DNA from: an uncultured delta proteobacterium
Lineage (GTDB): Bacteria > Desulfobacterota > Syntrophia > Syntrophales > UBA2185
Direction of reading: 5' to 3'
DNA length: 64,000 nt
Assembly: GCA_963729715.1 (NCBI GenBank)
Contig: CAVSPA010000005.1
Span: 64,001-128,000, forward strand
Below, in pieces: positions 41,332 through 51,349 of the stretch. The position numbers and the translations under genes are program-made. The notes beneath the pieces are model-generated. The model was not told the DNA's origin and did not search any database. It was given only the letters and a program-made list of their open reading frames with translations. Within the stretch, counting starts at the first letter, position 1; each line of letters starts with the position of its first letter.

Positions 41332-43965
41332 ATGAAAAAACTTACTCTTGCCAAACTTGAACATCACCTATTCGCTGCTGCAGACATCCTGCGGGGGAAA
41401 ATGGATGCCTCTGAGTATAAAGAATATATCTTCGGAATACTTTTCCTGAAGCGCTGCTCTGATGTGTTTCAGGAGGAGTACGAAAGAATAATCAAGGCAA
41501 ACCTTGAAAAAGGTCGCCCGGAGGAAGAAGCGATCAAACGGGCCGACGATCCTGCCCGCTACACCAATTTCTATGTCCCGAAAGAATCGAGATGGCAGAC
41601 CCTCCAGCACGCCCACCGAAATATCGGCGATGAACTGAACAAAGCGCTAATGGGTCTTGAACACGTAAACCAGGGCCTCGACGGCGTCCTTGCCCATATA
41701 GATTTCACAAAAAAAGTGGGAAAAACGAAGATCCCCGACCAGAAGCTCCAGGATTTAATCGTCCATTTCAATAAGTACCGCCTGAGAAATGAGGACTTCG
41801 AGTTTCCCGACCTCCTTGGCGCCGCCTATGAGTATCTCATTGGAGAATTTGCCGATTCCGCCGGCAAGAAAGGCGGCGAGTTCTATACCCCCAGAGATGT
41901 GGTGCGCCTCATGGTCAGAATTATCAAGCCTCAGGAAGCCATGCGGATCTACGATCCCTGCGTGGGCTCAGGCGGCATGCTGATCCTGTCAAAGCAGTAT
42001 GTGGAGGAATACGGCGGCAATCCCTCCAACGTCTCTCTTTACGGCCAGGACAACAACGGTGGCGTCTGGGCCATCTGCAAGATGAACATGATTCTCCACG
42101 GCATACCTGATGCGAACATACAGAACGAAGACGTCCTGATGAATCCCCTCCATCTGGACGCCGGAGAGCTGATGCGCTTCGACCGGGTCATCACCAATCC
42201 CCCTTTCAGCCAGAATTATTCAAAGGAGGGGATGAAATTTCCCGAGCGCTTTCCCTATGGTTTCTGTCCCGAAACTGGCAAAAAGTCGGACTTGATGTTC
42301 TTTCAGCATATGCTGGCCGTTTTGAGACCCGGCGGTATGATGGCAACGGTCATGCCCCACGGCGTCCTCTTCAGAGGCGGTGAAGAAAAGAAGATTCGGA
42401 CAAAGATCCTTGAAGCCGATATCCTCGAAGCGGTCATCAGTCTTCCGCCCAATCTTTTTTATGGAACTGGCATTCCAGCCTGTATCATGATTTGCAGAGC
42501 AAAAGGGGCAAAGGCGGAAGCGAGAAAGGGGAAAATTCTCTTTATCAATGCAGATGGGGAGTACTACTCCGGCCGTGCCCAGAATTATCTCCGCCCGGAG
42601 CACATTGAAAAGATCGTCGCTGCTTTCGACGCCTTCAATGATATACCCGGATATGCAACTGTTGTTGAAATAAGTGACGTCGAAGCCAACGAATGGAACC
42701 TGAACATCCGCCGTTATGCAGACAACGCACCGCCGCCAGAGCTCCATGATGTGCGGGCGCACCTTGACGGAGGTATACCGCAACGTGAGGTAGAAGATAA
42801 AAGAGACCTCTTCGCCGCCCATGGATTAGCGCCCTCCGTGGTCTTCGTCGAGCGGGATAAGGACTATTTCGACTTCGATCCCACCATCGCCAAGCGCGCC
42901 GCTATCAAGAAAAAAATAGAGGATGACGACGCCCTAAAAAAAAGGGAGACAGAAATTTTCACGACCTTTGACAGGTGGTGGGGAGAACATATTCACATCC
43001 TGCAAAACCTTCCCGCTACGGCAAATGTTATGAAAGCGCGGTCGGCCCTTCTTTCTGCATTTGGCAAAACCTTAACGCCCGTCGGTCTCCTCGACAACTT
43101 CAAGGTTTCCGGTGTCATTGCCTCCTGGTGGAACGAGGTTCTGTATGACCTCAAATCCCTGGTTGCCCAAGGATTCGGCGGGCTTCTTGACGGCTGGATC
43201 GATACCATCGAAGACGCCATGGAGGATAGAAAAGGAAACAATTTCGAACCAGGAGAAGATCCCCTCGTTGTAAGGCTTGTTCCTGAATATCTGGAAGAAC
43301 TTGTAAACGCGAGGCAGGAGATCGTCCGTCTCGAACAGGAGAAAGAAGCCTTTGAGGCACAGGAAAACGAGGAATACGAAGGCGAGGATGAAGGCGATGA
43401 AGGTGACAGACCCAATTACGCCCAAGAGTTGAAAAAGCAGATTGCTGACCTCAAAAACATCATCAAAGAAGACAAAGGAAAGATCAAGATTCTAACAGGG
43501 GCAAAAAAGACGAAAGGCTCTATAAAATTCTATGAGGAAATGGGCGCCGATACGGGTCCGCTACAAGCACATTTAAGAGAGTTATTGGCAAAGATCGCGC
43601 CTGCTGAAGAAAGTATCAGGAAATTGGAAGAGCAACTGGCCCCATACAATGACATCCTCGAAAAACTGAAAGAATCAAAGAAGCAATTGAAGACTCTGCA
43701 ACGGCGGTTCATCGAGCAACTGCGTGAGGCACGTGATACAATGACTGATGACGACTGCGCGGCGCTGGTGCTCAAAATCCTGAAAGGAAAACTTTCAGGG
43801 CATCTTGAAGCCTATGTCGCTGCTCACAGACAGGAGGTCGTTGCCGCGTTTGAAAATTGGTGGGATAAGTACAAAGTTACGTTAAACGAGATAAAAACAA
43901 ACAAAAAGTTTATAGAATCTAGTCTGTCAAAGATGATGCTGAGCTTGGGTTATATCAATGAATGA
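41332..43965 (+). CDS. hsdM: Type I R-M methyltransferase subunit with long C-terminal extension
   Basis: [34 protein letters not shown]; about 400 extra aa. Confidence 0.95.
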   Translation: MKKLTLAKLEHHLFAAADILRGKMDASEYKEYIFGILFLKRCSDVFQEEYERIIKANLEKGRPEEEAIKRADDPARYTNFYVPKESRWQTLQHAHRNIGDELNKALMGLEHVNQGLDGVLAHIDFTKKVGKTKIPDQKLQDLIVHFNKYRLRNEDFEFPDLLGAAYEYLIGEFADSAGKKGGEFYTPRDVVRLMVRIIKPQEAMRIYDPCVGSGGMLILSKQYVEEYGGNPSNVSLYGQDNNGGVWAICKMNMILHGIPDANIQNEDVLMNPLHLDAGELMRFDRVITNPPFSQNYSKEGMKFPERFPYGFCPETGKKSDLMFFQHMLAVLRPGGMMATVMPHGVLFRGGEEKKIRTKILEADILEAVISLPPNLFYGTGIPACIMICRAKGAKAEARKGKILFINADGEYYSGRAQNYLRPEHIEKIVAAFDAFNDIPGYATVVEISDVEANEWNLNIRRYADNAPPPELHDVRAHLDGGIPQREVEDKRDLFAAHGLAPSVVFVERDKDYFDFDPTIAKRAAIKKKIEDDDALKKRETEIFTTFDRWWGEHIHILQNLPATANVMKARSALLSAFGKTLTPVGLLDNFKVSGVIASWWNEVLYDLKSLVAQGFGGLLDGWIDTIEDAMEDRKGNNFEPGEDPLVVRLVPEYLEELVNARQEIVRLEQEKEAFEAQENEEYEGEDEGDEGDRPNYAQELKKQIADLKNIIKEDKGKIKILTGAKKTKGSIKFYEEMGADTGPLQAHLRELLAKIAPAEESIRKLEEQLAPYNDILEKLKESKKQLKTLQRRFIEQLREARDTMTDDDCAALVLKILKGKLSGHLEAYVAAHRQEVVAAFENWWDKYKVTLNEIKTNKKFIESSLSKMMLSLGYINE

Positions 43966-45235
43966 TAATTGGACCGAAGAACAACTTGGTAAAAATGCCT
44001 ATATAAAAGGGCGTATCGGATGGAGGGGGCTTAAGGCCAGTGAATATAAAAACGATGGACCATTTTTGATTGCAGGAAATCACATTAAAAACGGCCGTGT
44101 TGATTGGTCACTTTGCGACCACATTAATATACATCGTTATAATGAATCATGGGAAATTGCTCTTCAAGAAAAGGATATCATTCTGACGAAAGATGGTACG
44201 ATAGGTCGAATAGCAATAATTGACACCCTGCCAGGGCCATCAACCATCAACAGCACAATGATGCTCATACGAGTCAGGCCACCTTTGATAGCGGAATTCA
44301 TATATCATTATCTGAACAGTGCTTCGTTCCAAAAGATAGTCGAGGATAGAGTATCTGGGAGCTCAATACCTCACATTTTTCAGCAGGACATGAAAAGGTT
44401 GAAAACACCTGTTCCTTCTGAGATTGAACAACGCCAAATAGCCACTTTTCTTGACACCACTAACAAGGCGATTCAGAGGACTGAGCAGCTTATCGTAAAA
44501 CTGAAATCCATCAAGCAAGGATTGCTCCATGACCTCCTCACCCGCGGTCTCGATGAAAATGGCCAACTCCGCAACCCCATTGCCCATCCGGAACAGTTCA
44601 AGGATTCACAGCTCGGCAAAATACCAAATGAATGGGAAGTATACCCTATCAACGAGATTGGCAAGATTGTGGCCGGAACTACACCATCGCGAGTTGTTCC
44701 ATCCTATTGGGGCGGGATAATACCCTGGATAACGCCAACTGACATGTCCAAGCTAAGGACCGACTACATATCAAGTGGACAGGATTGGCTTACACAGAAG
44801 GGTTTAGACAGTTGTTCTGCATATCTTCTGCCTGTTGGCTCTATCGTTGTCACAACAAGAGCGACCCTCGGCTTAGCTGCCATTACTCAACGAGAGCTTG
44901 CTACAAATCAGGGCTTCAAAAATATCATCATAAAGGATGGCTGGGATAATAGGTTTGTTTGTTACAAGATTCAAGCTTTGTCCAACGAGATGGTGAGGAG
45001 AGCTTCAGGCACTACATTCATGGAAATCTCTGGAACTCAATTTTCTCTTCTTGAAATAGCTGCACCGGCCCCAGGGTCCAATGAACAGGATATGATTGCA
45101 AGCGCGATCGCTGCTCATAACCAGAGAATTACAACAGCGCAAATCTATTTAGAAAAGCTAACAGCAATCAAAAAAGGCCTCATGCACGACCTCTTAACCG
45201 GAAAGGTTAGGGTGAATATTAACAAAGAGGAATAG
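43958..45235 (+). CDS. hsdS: Type I R-M specificity subunit
   Basis: Two TRDs; conserved EQRQIA...[12 protein letters not shown] and EQDMIA...[15 protein letters not shown]. Confidence 0.95.
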   Translation: MNDNWTEEQLGKNAYIKGRIGWRGLKASEYKNDGPFLIAGNHIKNGRVDWSLCDHINIHRYNESWEIALQEKDIILTKDGTIGRIAIIDTLPGPSTINSTMMLIRVRPPLIAEFIYHYLNSASFQKIVEDRVSGSSIPHIFQQDMKRLKTPVPSEIEQRQIATFLDTTNKAIQRTEQLIVKLKSIKQGLLHDLLTRGLDENGQLRNPIAHPEQFKDSQLGKIPNEWEVYPINEIGKIVAGTTPSRVVPSYWGGIIPWITPTDMSKLRTDYISSGQDWLTQKGLDSCSAYLLPVGSIVVTTRATLGLAAITQRELATNQGFKNIIIKDGWDNRFVCYKIQALSNEMVRRASGTTFMEISGTQFSLLEIAAPAPGSNEQDMIASAIAAHNQRITTAQIYLEKLTAIKKGLMHDLLTGKVRVNINKEE

Positions 45236-45239
45236 AAAA

Positions 45240-47183
45240 ATGAAGATATCCACCATTCTTGACCAGATTGATCTTGGAACGATTGCGCTTCCCCATTTCC
45301 AGCGTGGTTTTGTCTGGAATCGTGATCAGGTTAAAGGACTCATCAATTCACTCTACAAGAGATTCCCTATCGGAAGCCTCCTCATCTGGGTCACACCTTC
45401 GGAGGGTGCGCCCACGCGTGGCGAAGGGCCGGTATCGCCGGGGGTTGTTAATCTTTTACTGGATGGACAACAGAGAATAACCTCTCTTTATGGCATCGTT
45501 CGCGGGAAGCCTCCAATGTTTTTTGAGGGCGATGAAAAGGTATTCACAGGACTCTATTTTCATATAGAGGACCAGGTCTTTGAGTTTTACATGCCCATGA
45601 AGATGAAGGACGATCCTCTCTGGGTCAATGTGACGCAGCTTGTGCAAAAAGGTGCTGCCACAGTCTTCGGCTCATTAATGACAAAATTGGAAACTGAAGA
45701 CAAAAGGACTCAGTGTCTTGCCCGTCTCAATGCTATCGACCAAATCAAAGAGATTGAACTATACGATGAAAAAATCACAGGACAGGATATGTCTATTGAC
45801 ATTGTTGTTGATATTTTCAACCGGATAAACTCCGGTGGCACAAAACTCTCAAAGGGTGACCTTGCCCTGGCAAAGATATGCGCCACATGGCCCGAGGCGA
45901 GGACTGAAATGAGAAAGAAGCTTAAAAAGTGGAAAAATGTGGACTTTCAATTCACCCTCGAATGGCTGCTGAGAAATGTAACGACTTTACTTACCGGCGA
46001 GGCCTATTTCTCGAGCTTAAAAGATGTTGATACGCATACTTTCAAAAATGGGCTCATCGAGGCGGAAAAAAGGATTGACGCTCTTCTGAACCTGATTTCA
46101 TCACGCCTGGGGCTTGACCATGACAGAGTGCTCGGCGGTCGGGGCGCCATACCCCTCATAACACGGTATCTCTCCCAGCATGGCGACAAACACCCGGATC
46201 ATATCGAGAGGGATAAGCTCCTCTACTGGTATGTTCATACGTTCTTATGGGGCAGATATGCAGGATCAACCGAGAGTGTGCTTGCCCAGGATTTGACATT
46301 CATAGAAAAAAAGGATGGTGCATTGGATCGTTTAATCGACAGCCTGCGCAAAATAAGAGGAGACCTCACGATTAAAGAACAGGATGTGAGCGGATGGAGT
46401 ACCGGTGCGCGGTTCTATCCGCTGCTGTATCTTTTAACGCGGGTCGGCGGCGCCAGGGACTGGGGCAGCGGCGTCGAGCTATCCGGGTTCATGCTTGGCA
46501 AATTAAGCGCCCTTCAGGTTCATCACATTTTTCCCAAGGCCGTTCTCTACGAAAATAAGTTCGACCGATCAGAGGTGAATGCCGTTGCGAATTTTACATT
46601 TCAGACACAGGAAACAAACCTCTGGATTGGAAAGAAACTTCCTGAAAAATACTTTAGGGACATCGAAGAGAAGCACCCTGGCACCCTGCAAACGCACTGG
46701 ATACCGATGGATAAAGACCTGTGGACGGTGGATGGATATCGTGACTTTCTGAAAGAACGAAGAAAGCTCATCGCGCAGGCGGCAAACAACTTCCTGGAGA
46801 GTCTTCTCCACGGAAAGATACCTGAATCGAAGATTGTGGAAGATATAATGCTCAGAAAAGCTGTGGCTGTTCCTGTAAAACTGATTACCGATGAGGAAGA
46901 AGACTTGCTTTTGGAGTGTGCAGTATGGGTAGAAAAACAGGGGTTACCCTCGGCAGAAATCGAATACGAGTTGTGTGATGATACAGGCAACCTGCTCGCT
47001 GTTCTGGACCTTGCGTGGCCGGAGGGTATGCAGCCGGGTCTCAGCAAACCCGTTGCTCTCCTTTTTAATGGCGGGAGAGATGTTGAGCAGATACTAAACC
47101 AGAAGGGATACATCTATTTCACTTCAGCCGATGAGTTGAAGGAATATGTACAAGGTGAGATTCTCAAAGGAGAGAATGCTTAA
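45240..47183 (+). CDS. DUF262 (GmrSD-like, ParB/Srx fold) protein with HNH-like and extra C-terminal domain
   Basis: FQRGFVW, LLDGQQRITS, FNRINSGG, VHHIFPK...VANF. Confidence 0.88.
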   Translation: MKISTILDQIDLGTIALPHFQRGFVWNRDQVKGLINSLYKRFPIGSLLIWVTPSEGAPTRGEGPVSPGVVNLLLDGQQRITSLYGIVRGKPPMFFEGDEKVFTGLYFHIEDQVFEFYMPMKMKDDPLWVNVTQLVQKGAATVFGSLMTKLETEDKRTQCLARLNAIDQIKEIELYDEKITGQDMSIDIVVDIFNRINSGGTKLSKGDLALAKICATWPEARTEMRKKLKKWKNVDFQFTLEWLLRNVTTLLTGEAYFSSLKDVDTHTFKNGLIEAEKRIDALLNLISSRLGLDHDRVLGGRGAIPLITRYLSQHGDKHPDHIERDKLLYWYVHTFLWGRYAGSTESVLAQDLTFIEKKDGALDRLIDSLRKIRGDLTIKEQDVSGWSTGARFYPLLYLLTRVGGARDWGSGVELSGFMLGKLSALQVHHIFPKAVLYENKFDRSEVNAVANFTFQTQETNLWIGKKLPEKYFRDIEEKHPGTLQTHWIPMDKDLWTVDGYRDFLKERRKLIAQAANNFLESLLHGKIPESKIVEDIMLRKAVAVPVKLITDEEEDLLLECAVWVEKQGLPSAEIEYELCDDTGNLLAVLDLAWPEGMQPGLSKPVALLFNGGRDVEQILNQKGYIYFTSADELKEYVQGEILKGENA

Positions 47184-47215
47184 TGCAAATAAATTGCTAA
47201 ACTGAAGAGGCATGG

Positions 47216-50200
47216 ATGTCTTTACCTGATGAAAAAACCTATGTGGAAATCCCTTTTATCAAGCAGCTAAAAGGGATGGGATGGCAGCACATCGAAGGCG
47301 ATATTGATGTGCCCTATCTAACAGAGAGGGAAAGTTTCCGCGACGTTTTACTGACTGACAGACTCCGGCAGGCGTTAAGGAACATAAACCTCACTGAAAA
47401 GGGCGAACCCTGGCTCGATGACCATCGCATCAACCAGGCCATCAGCAGACTGGAGCGGATCAGTTCCCCGAAACTCATGGAGGCCAATAAAGAGGCTTCT
47501 GAATATATTCTTCGGGGTGTTGAGGTCGATGGGCATCCCGTGTTGCACGGAGGTAAAGACAAGACAGTCAGCCTCATTGATTTTGATCATCCCGACCGGA
47601 ACGATTTCCTTGCAATCAATCAATTCCGCGTTGATCTGCCTGGTGGAAAGACCTTTATTACCCCCGATATGGTGCTTTTCGTCAATGGCATCCCCCTCGT
47701 CGTTATTGAATGCAAAAGCCCGAAACTCACTAACCCTATGGAAGAGGGCATCAATCAGCTCCTCAGATATTCCAATCAGCGACAGGCCGTGGAGGAAGAG
47801 GAAGGGTGTGAAAGACTCTTTTATTTCAACCAATTCCTCGTCAGCACTTACCGACAGGAAGCCCGTGCTGCTACAGTAGGGGCAGGTTATGAGCACTACA
47901 TGGAGTGGAAGGATACGAGCCCTCTTCCTATGAGTGTTGTAGCGAAGGAATTGGGGAAAAAGGAGCTGAACAGTCAGGACGTGCTCATAGCCGGGATGCT
48001 CCGGAGAACGCATCTTCTCGATATCGTCAGAAACTTTATTCTCTTTGACGAAAGAGACGGCAAACAGGTGAAGATGCTCTGCCGGTATCCGCAGTTCCGG
48101 GCAGCGCAAAGGGCGATCGAGCGCTTGAGGACGGGCAAAACGAGAAAAGAAGACGGTGATGCGGACCAGCGCGGCGGCATCATCTGGCATACCCAGGGCT
48201 CCGGGAAGAGCTACACGATGGTGTTCCTCGTCCGGAAGATGAGAACCCTCGATGACCTGAAAGACTTCAAGGTCGTTATCGTTACGGACAGGGTTCAACT
48301 TGAAGGTCAGTTAAAGGGGAGCGCGGCCCTTGCCGGTGAGACGGTTTATCATGCCGACAGCAAAGACAGGCTTGCAGCGTTGATGCGGGATACAAGCTCC
48401 AACATCGTCTTCACGATGGTGCAGAAATACCAGGACCGTGAGACGCCCGTGTCCGAGGACTATGAAGTCCCGGAATATGAAATGCTCAAGGCGGCCGCGT
48501 CAGAAGAGAAAAAGAGCGAATACAAACTTCCCCCCAAACCGATTATATTCCCCATCTGGAACGCTTCGGAGAAAATTCTGATTCTCACCGACGAGGCACA
48601 CAGATCGCATACGAGCATGCTGCATGCGAACATGATGCGGGCGCTTCCCAATGCAGTAAATATTGGATTCACGGGAACACCGATTATCGCGGGTAAAGGA
48701 AAGAAGACTTACGAAATCTTCGGCGATTACATTGATCGCTACACGATTGAAGAGTCACAGCGGGACGGGGCGACTGTCAAAATCCTGTATGAAGGACGGA
48801 AGGTTAATGCCAAGGTCGAAGACGGGAGAACGCTCGACCAGTTCTTTGATGATATGTTCCGGTCGAAGACCGAAGAAGAAAGAGAGGCCATAAGACGAAG
48901 ATATGGCAATGTGGAGAATATTCTTGAGTCGCTGAATCTTGTCCAGGCGAAGGCGGAGGATATGCTTCTCCATTACGCAGCAAACACTCTGCCCAGCGGT
49001 TTTAAGGCCCAGGTGGTCGCGGTGAGCCGAAAAGCCGCCATCCGCTACTATGAAGCTTTTTCCAAGGCAAAGGAAAAGCTTTTGAAGAGGATCGAAATCC
49101 TTGATCCGAGGCTGTTTCGCCTTTCCGAGGATGAACAGAAAAACCTCGACGAAGAGACACGCTTTCTGATGATTGCCGCAAAGCAGAAAGATATTCTTCA
49201 AAAACTTGAATTTGCCGCGATTATTTCCGGCGACCATAACGACCCGCCCCACTACAAACAGCATACGGACAAGAGCACACATGAGGTCCTTGTCGGAAAG
49301 AATGGGAGATTCAAGAAATCCTTCAAAGAAGACACGCTTGCCGTCATTATTATAAAGAGCATGCTGCTTGTCGGGTTTGACGCCCCCGTTGAACAGGTCA
49401 TGTATCTTGACCGCTTCATGGAAGGCCACGAACTCCTTCAGGCGATTGCCCGGGTAAATCGCTGCCGCAATGGAAAGACGCATGGTCTCGTGGTGGATTA
49501 CTATGGGGTAGGCGCCCGTCTTACGGAAGCCCTCGCCATGTACGCACAGGAGGACATCAAGGGTGCGCTTATCAATGTCAAAGACGAACTCCCAAAGCTT
49601 GAAGATCGCCACCGGAGGGTGTTGGAGCTGTTTCATAGCCGTGATATTGAGGATCTCACAGATGTGGAGGCCTGCGTTAACCTGTTGCGGGATGTGGAGA
49701 TCAGAGCCGAATTTATTCGGTGTGTTGGTGACTTTGCCGAGAGCATGGATGTGATCATGCCACGCCCCGAGGCCCTTCCCTATGTCTATGATTTGAAACT
49801 CCTCGGATTCATCAACAAGACCGCTGCCAACCGGTACCGCGATTCACAACTCAATATTGCCGGGGTGGGCGACAAGGTAAAAAAACTGCTCGATGAACAC
49901 ATTGTGGCACAGGGGGTTGATCCGAAAGTTCCGCCCATATCCATCTTCGATGAAAACTTTGAGAAACAGGTTGATGCGCTGAAGTCCAGGAAGTCCCAAG
50001 CGTTGGAGATGGAACATGCGGCAAGGTTCCATATTCAGAAACATTATAACGAAGACCCTGCATTGTACAAGAAACTAAGCGAAAGGCTCAAAGAGATTCT
50101 GGATGCCTTCGGAGAAAACTGGGATGCCCTCGTAGAAGAATTGAGGAAATTTATCAGAGAAACCAGGGCGGGGCGAAAAGAGGATGAAACAGGTTTGGAT

Positions 50201-50494
50201 CCCAAAACCCAGGCGCCGTTCTTGGGCATCCTGGTCGATGAATATGGAAAGCCAGCGGCGGATAAGAAAATGAAGGAATTCTGCGAAGCCGTCATCGAAA
50301 TCGTGGAACATGTAAAGCAGGAGATTGGCCTCCAGGATTTCTGGCGTCGGAAACACGCGCAGAATCTTTTGAGAACATGGATCATCAACGAGATAGACGA
50401 CAGAAATATCGTTCCTTATGAAAAAATCCACCGTATTGCGGATCGATTTATCGAACTTGCGAAAACGTTGCATCTGCGTTTGGTAAAGTCATGA
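47216..50494 (+). CDS. hsdR: Type I R-M restriction subunit
   Basis: PDMVLFVNGIPLVVIECK nuclease, HTQGSGKS, DEAHR, FTGTP, QAIARVNR. Confidence 0.96.
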   Translation: MSLPDEKTYVEIPFIKQLKGMGWQHIEGDIDVPYLTERESFRDVLLTDRLRQALRNINLTEKGEPWLDDHRINQAISRLERISSPKLMEANKEASEYILRGVEVDGHPVLHGGKDKTVSLIDFDHPDRNDFLAINQFRVDLPGGKTFITPDMVLFVNGIPLVVIECKSPKLTNPMEEGINQLLRYSNQRQAVEEEEGCERLFYFNQFLVSTYRQEARAATVGAGYEHYMEWKDTSPLPMSVVAKELGKKELNSQDVLIAGMLRRTHLLDIVRNFILFDERDGKQVKMLCRYPQFRAAQRAIERLRTGKTRKEDGDADQRGGIIWHTQGSGKSYTMVFLVRKMRTLDDLKDFKVVIVTDRVQLEGQLKGSAALAGETVYHADSKDRLAALMRDTSSNIVFTMVQKYQDRETPVSEDYEVPEYEMLKAAASEEKKSEYKLPPKPIIFPIWNASEKILILTDEAHRSHTSMLHANMMRALPNAVNIGFTGTPIIAGKGKKTYEIFGDYIDRYTIEESQRDGATVKILYEGRKVNAKVEDGRTLDQFFDDMFRSKTEEEREAIRRRYGNVENILESLNLVQAKAEDMLLHYAANTLPSGFKAQVVAVSRKAAIRYYEAFSKAKEKLLKRIEILDPRLFRLSEDEQKNLDEETRFLMIAAKQKDILQKLEFAAIISGDHNDPPHYKQHTDKSTHEVLVGKNGRFKKSFKEDTLAVIIIKSMLLVGFDAPVEQVMYLDRFMEGHELLQAIARVNRCRNGKTHGLVVDYYGVGARLTEALAMYAQEDIKGALINVKDELPKLEDRHRRVLELFHSRDIEDLTDVEACVNLLRDVEIRAEFIRCVGDFAESMDVIMPRPEALPYVYDLKLLGFINKTAANRYRDSQLNIAGVGDKVKKLLDEHIVAQGVDPKVPPISIFDENFEKQVDALKSRKSQALEMEHAARFHIQKHYNEDPALYKKLSERLKEILDAFGENWDALVEELRKFIRETRAGRKEDETGLDPKTQAPFLGILVDEYGKPAADKKMKEFCEAVIEIVEHVKQEIGLQDFWRRKHAQNLLRTWIINEIDDRNIVPYEKIHRIADRFIELAKTLHLRLVKS

Positions 50495-51216
50495 GAAATA
50501 AATTTACAACTGAGGGCATAGAGTATTCTATAAAAAGAACCGGAAGAACATCCTTGGGAATCTCGGTCGAACGGGATGGGACCGTTATTGTAACTGCGCC
50601 CCAAGATGCGGATTCAGCGGCGATAACAAAATTTGTTTCCAGCAAACGTCTATGGATTCATCAGAAACTTGCCTATAAAATCCAAACGAACAAGGAAAAA
50701 ATTCATCGTGATTTCGTCAACGGGCAAGGGTTCTTGTACCTCGGAAAAAGTTATCGACTGAAGTTGATGAAAAATGGCGATGGCAGGGATTCTGTCAAAA
50801 AATCGGACGGATCACATCTTTTGCGTTTCAACCATGGCCATTTTGAACTTCCAGAGAACGAGCAGGCACGTGCGCGCGAACACTTTATTAAATGGTATAA
50901 AAAGCAGACTGAACAGCAAATGAGACTTAGAATCCTCCGCTATGACAAGCGGGTTGGAGCTGAGGTGCAATGCATCCGGGTCTTGGATCTGGGCAATCGA
51001 TGGGCGTCATGCGGGGATAAGGGCACTTTGAATTTCAACTGGCGCACCGTTATGGCCCCCGTCTGGGTTTTCGATTATATCCTGGTTCACGAGATGGCGC
51101 ACATGCTTCAGAAAGGCCATACGAAGGATTTCTGGCGTCTTGTATCGCGGGTGATCCCCGATTACGAGGAGCACAAAGCCTGGCTGCAGGAACACGGCGT
51201 GGAGATGGATATTTGA
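50491..51216 (+). CDS. M48/YgjP (DUF45) zinc metallopeptidase-like protein
   Basis: RWASC, DYILVHEMAH, HTKDFW; ATGA overlap with hsdR. Confidence 0.9.
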   Translation: MRNKFTTEGIEYSIKRTGRTSLGISVERDGTVIVTAPQDADSAAITKFVSSKRLWIHQKLAYKIQTNKEKIHRDFVNGQGFLYLGKSYRLKLMKNGDGRDSVKKSDGSHLLRFNHGHFELPENEQARAREHFIKWYKKQTEQQMRLRILRYDKRVGAEVQCIRVLDLGNRWASCGDKGTLNFNWRTVMAPVWVFDYILVHEMAHMLQKGHTKDFWRLVSRVIPDYEEHKAWLQEHGVEMDI

Positions 51217-51349
51217 TCTGTGTGATTCTGTCGAAAGAGACATTGCTTAAGCGATGAGCGTGGTCGATCACGTTAGATTAGGTTCCAATAGTATATTAGA
51301 GATGACAGAAAAAGGAGATTTAATTGTCTTAGAAAATAATATTATATAG

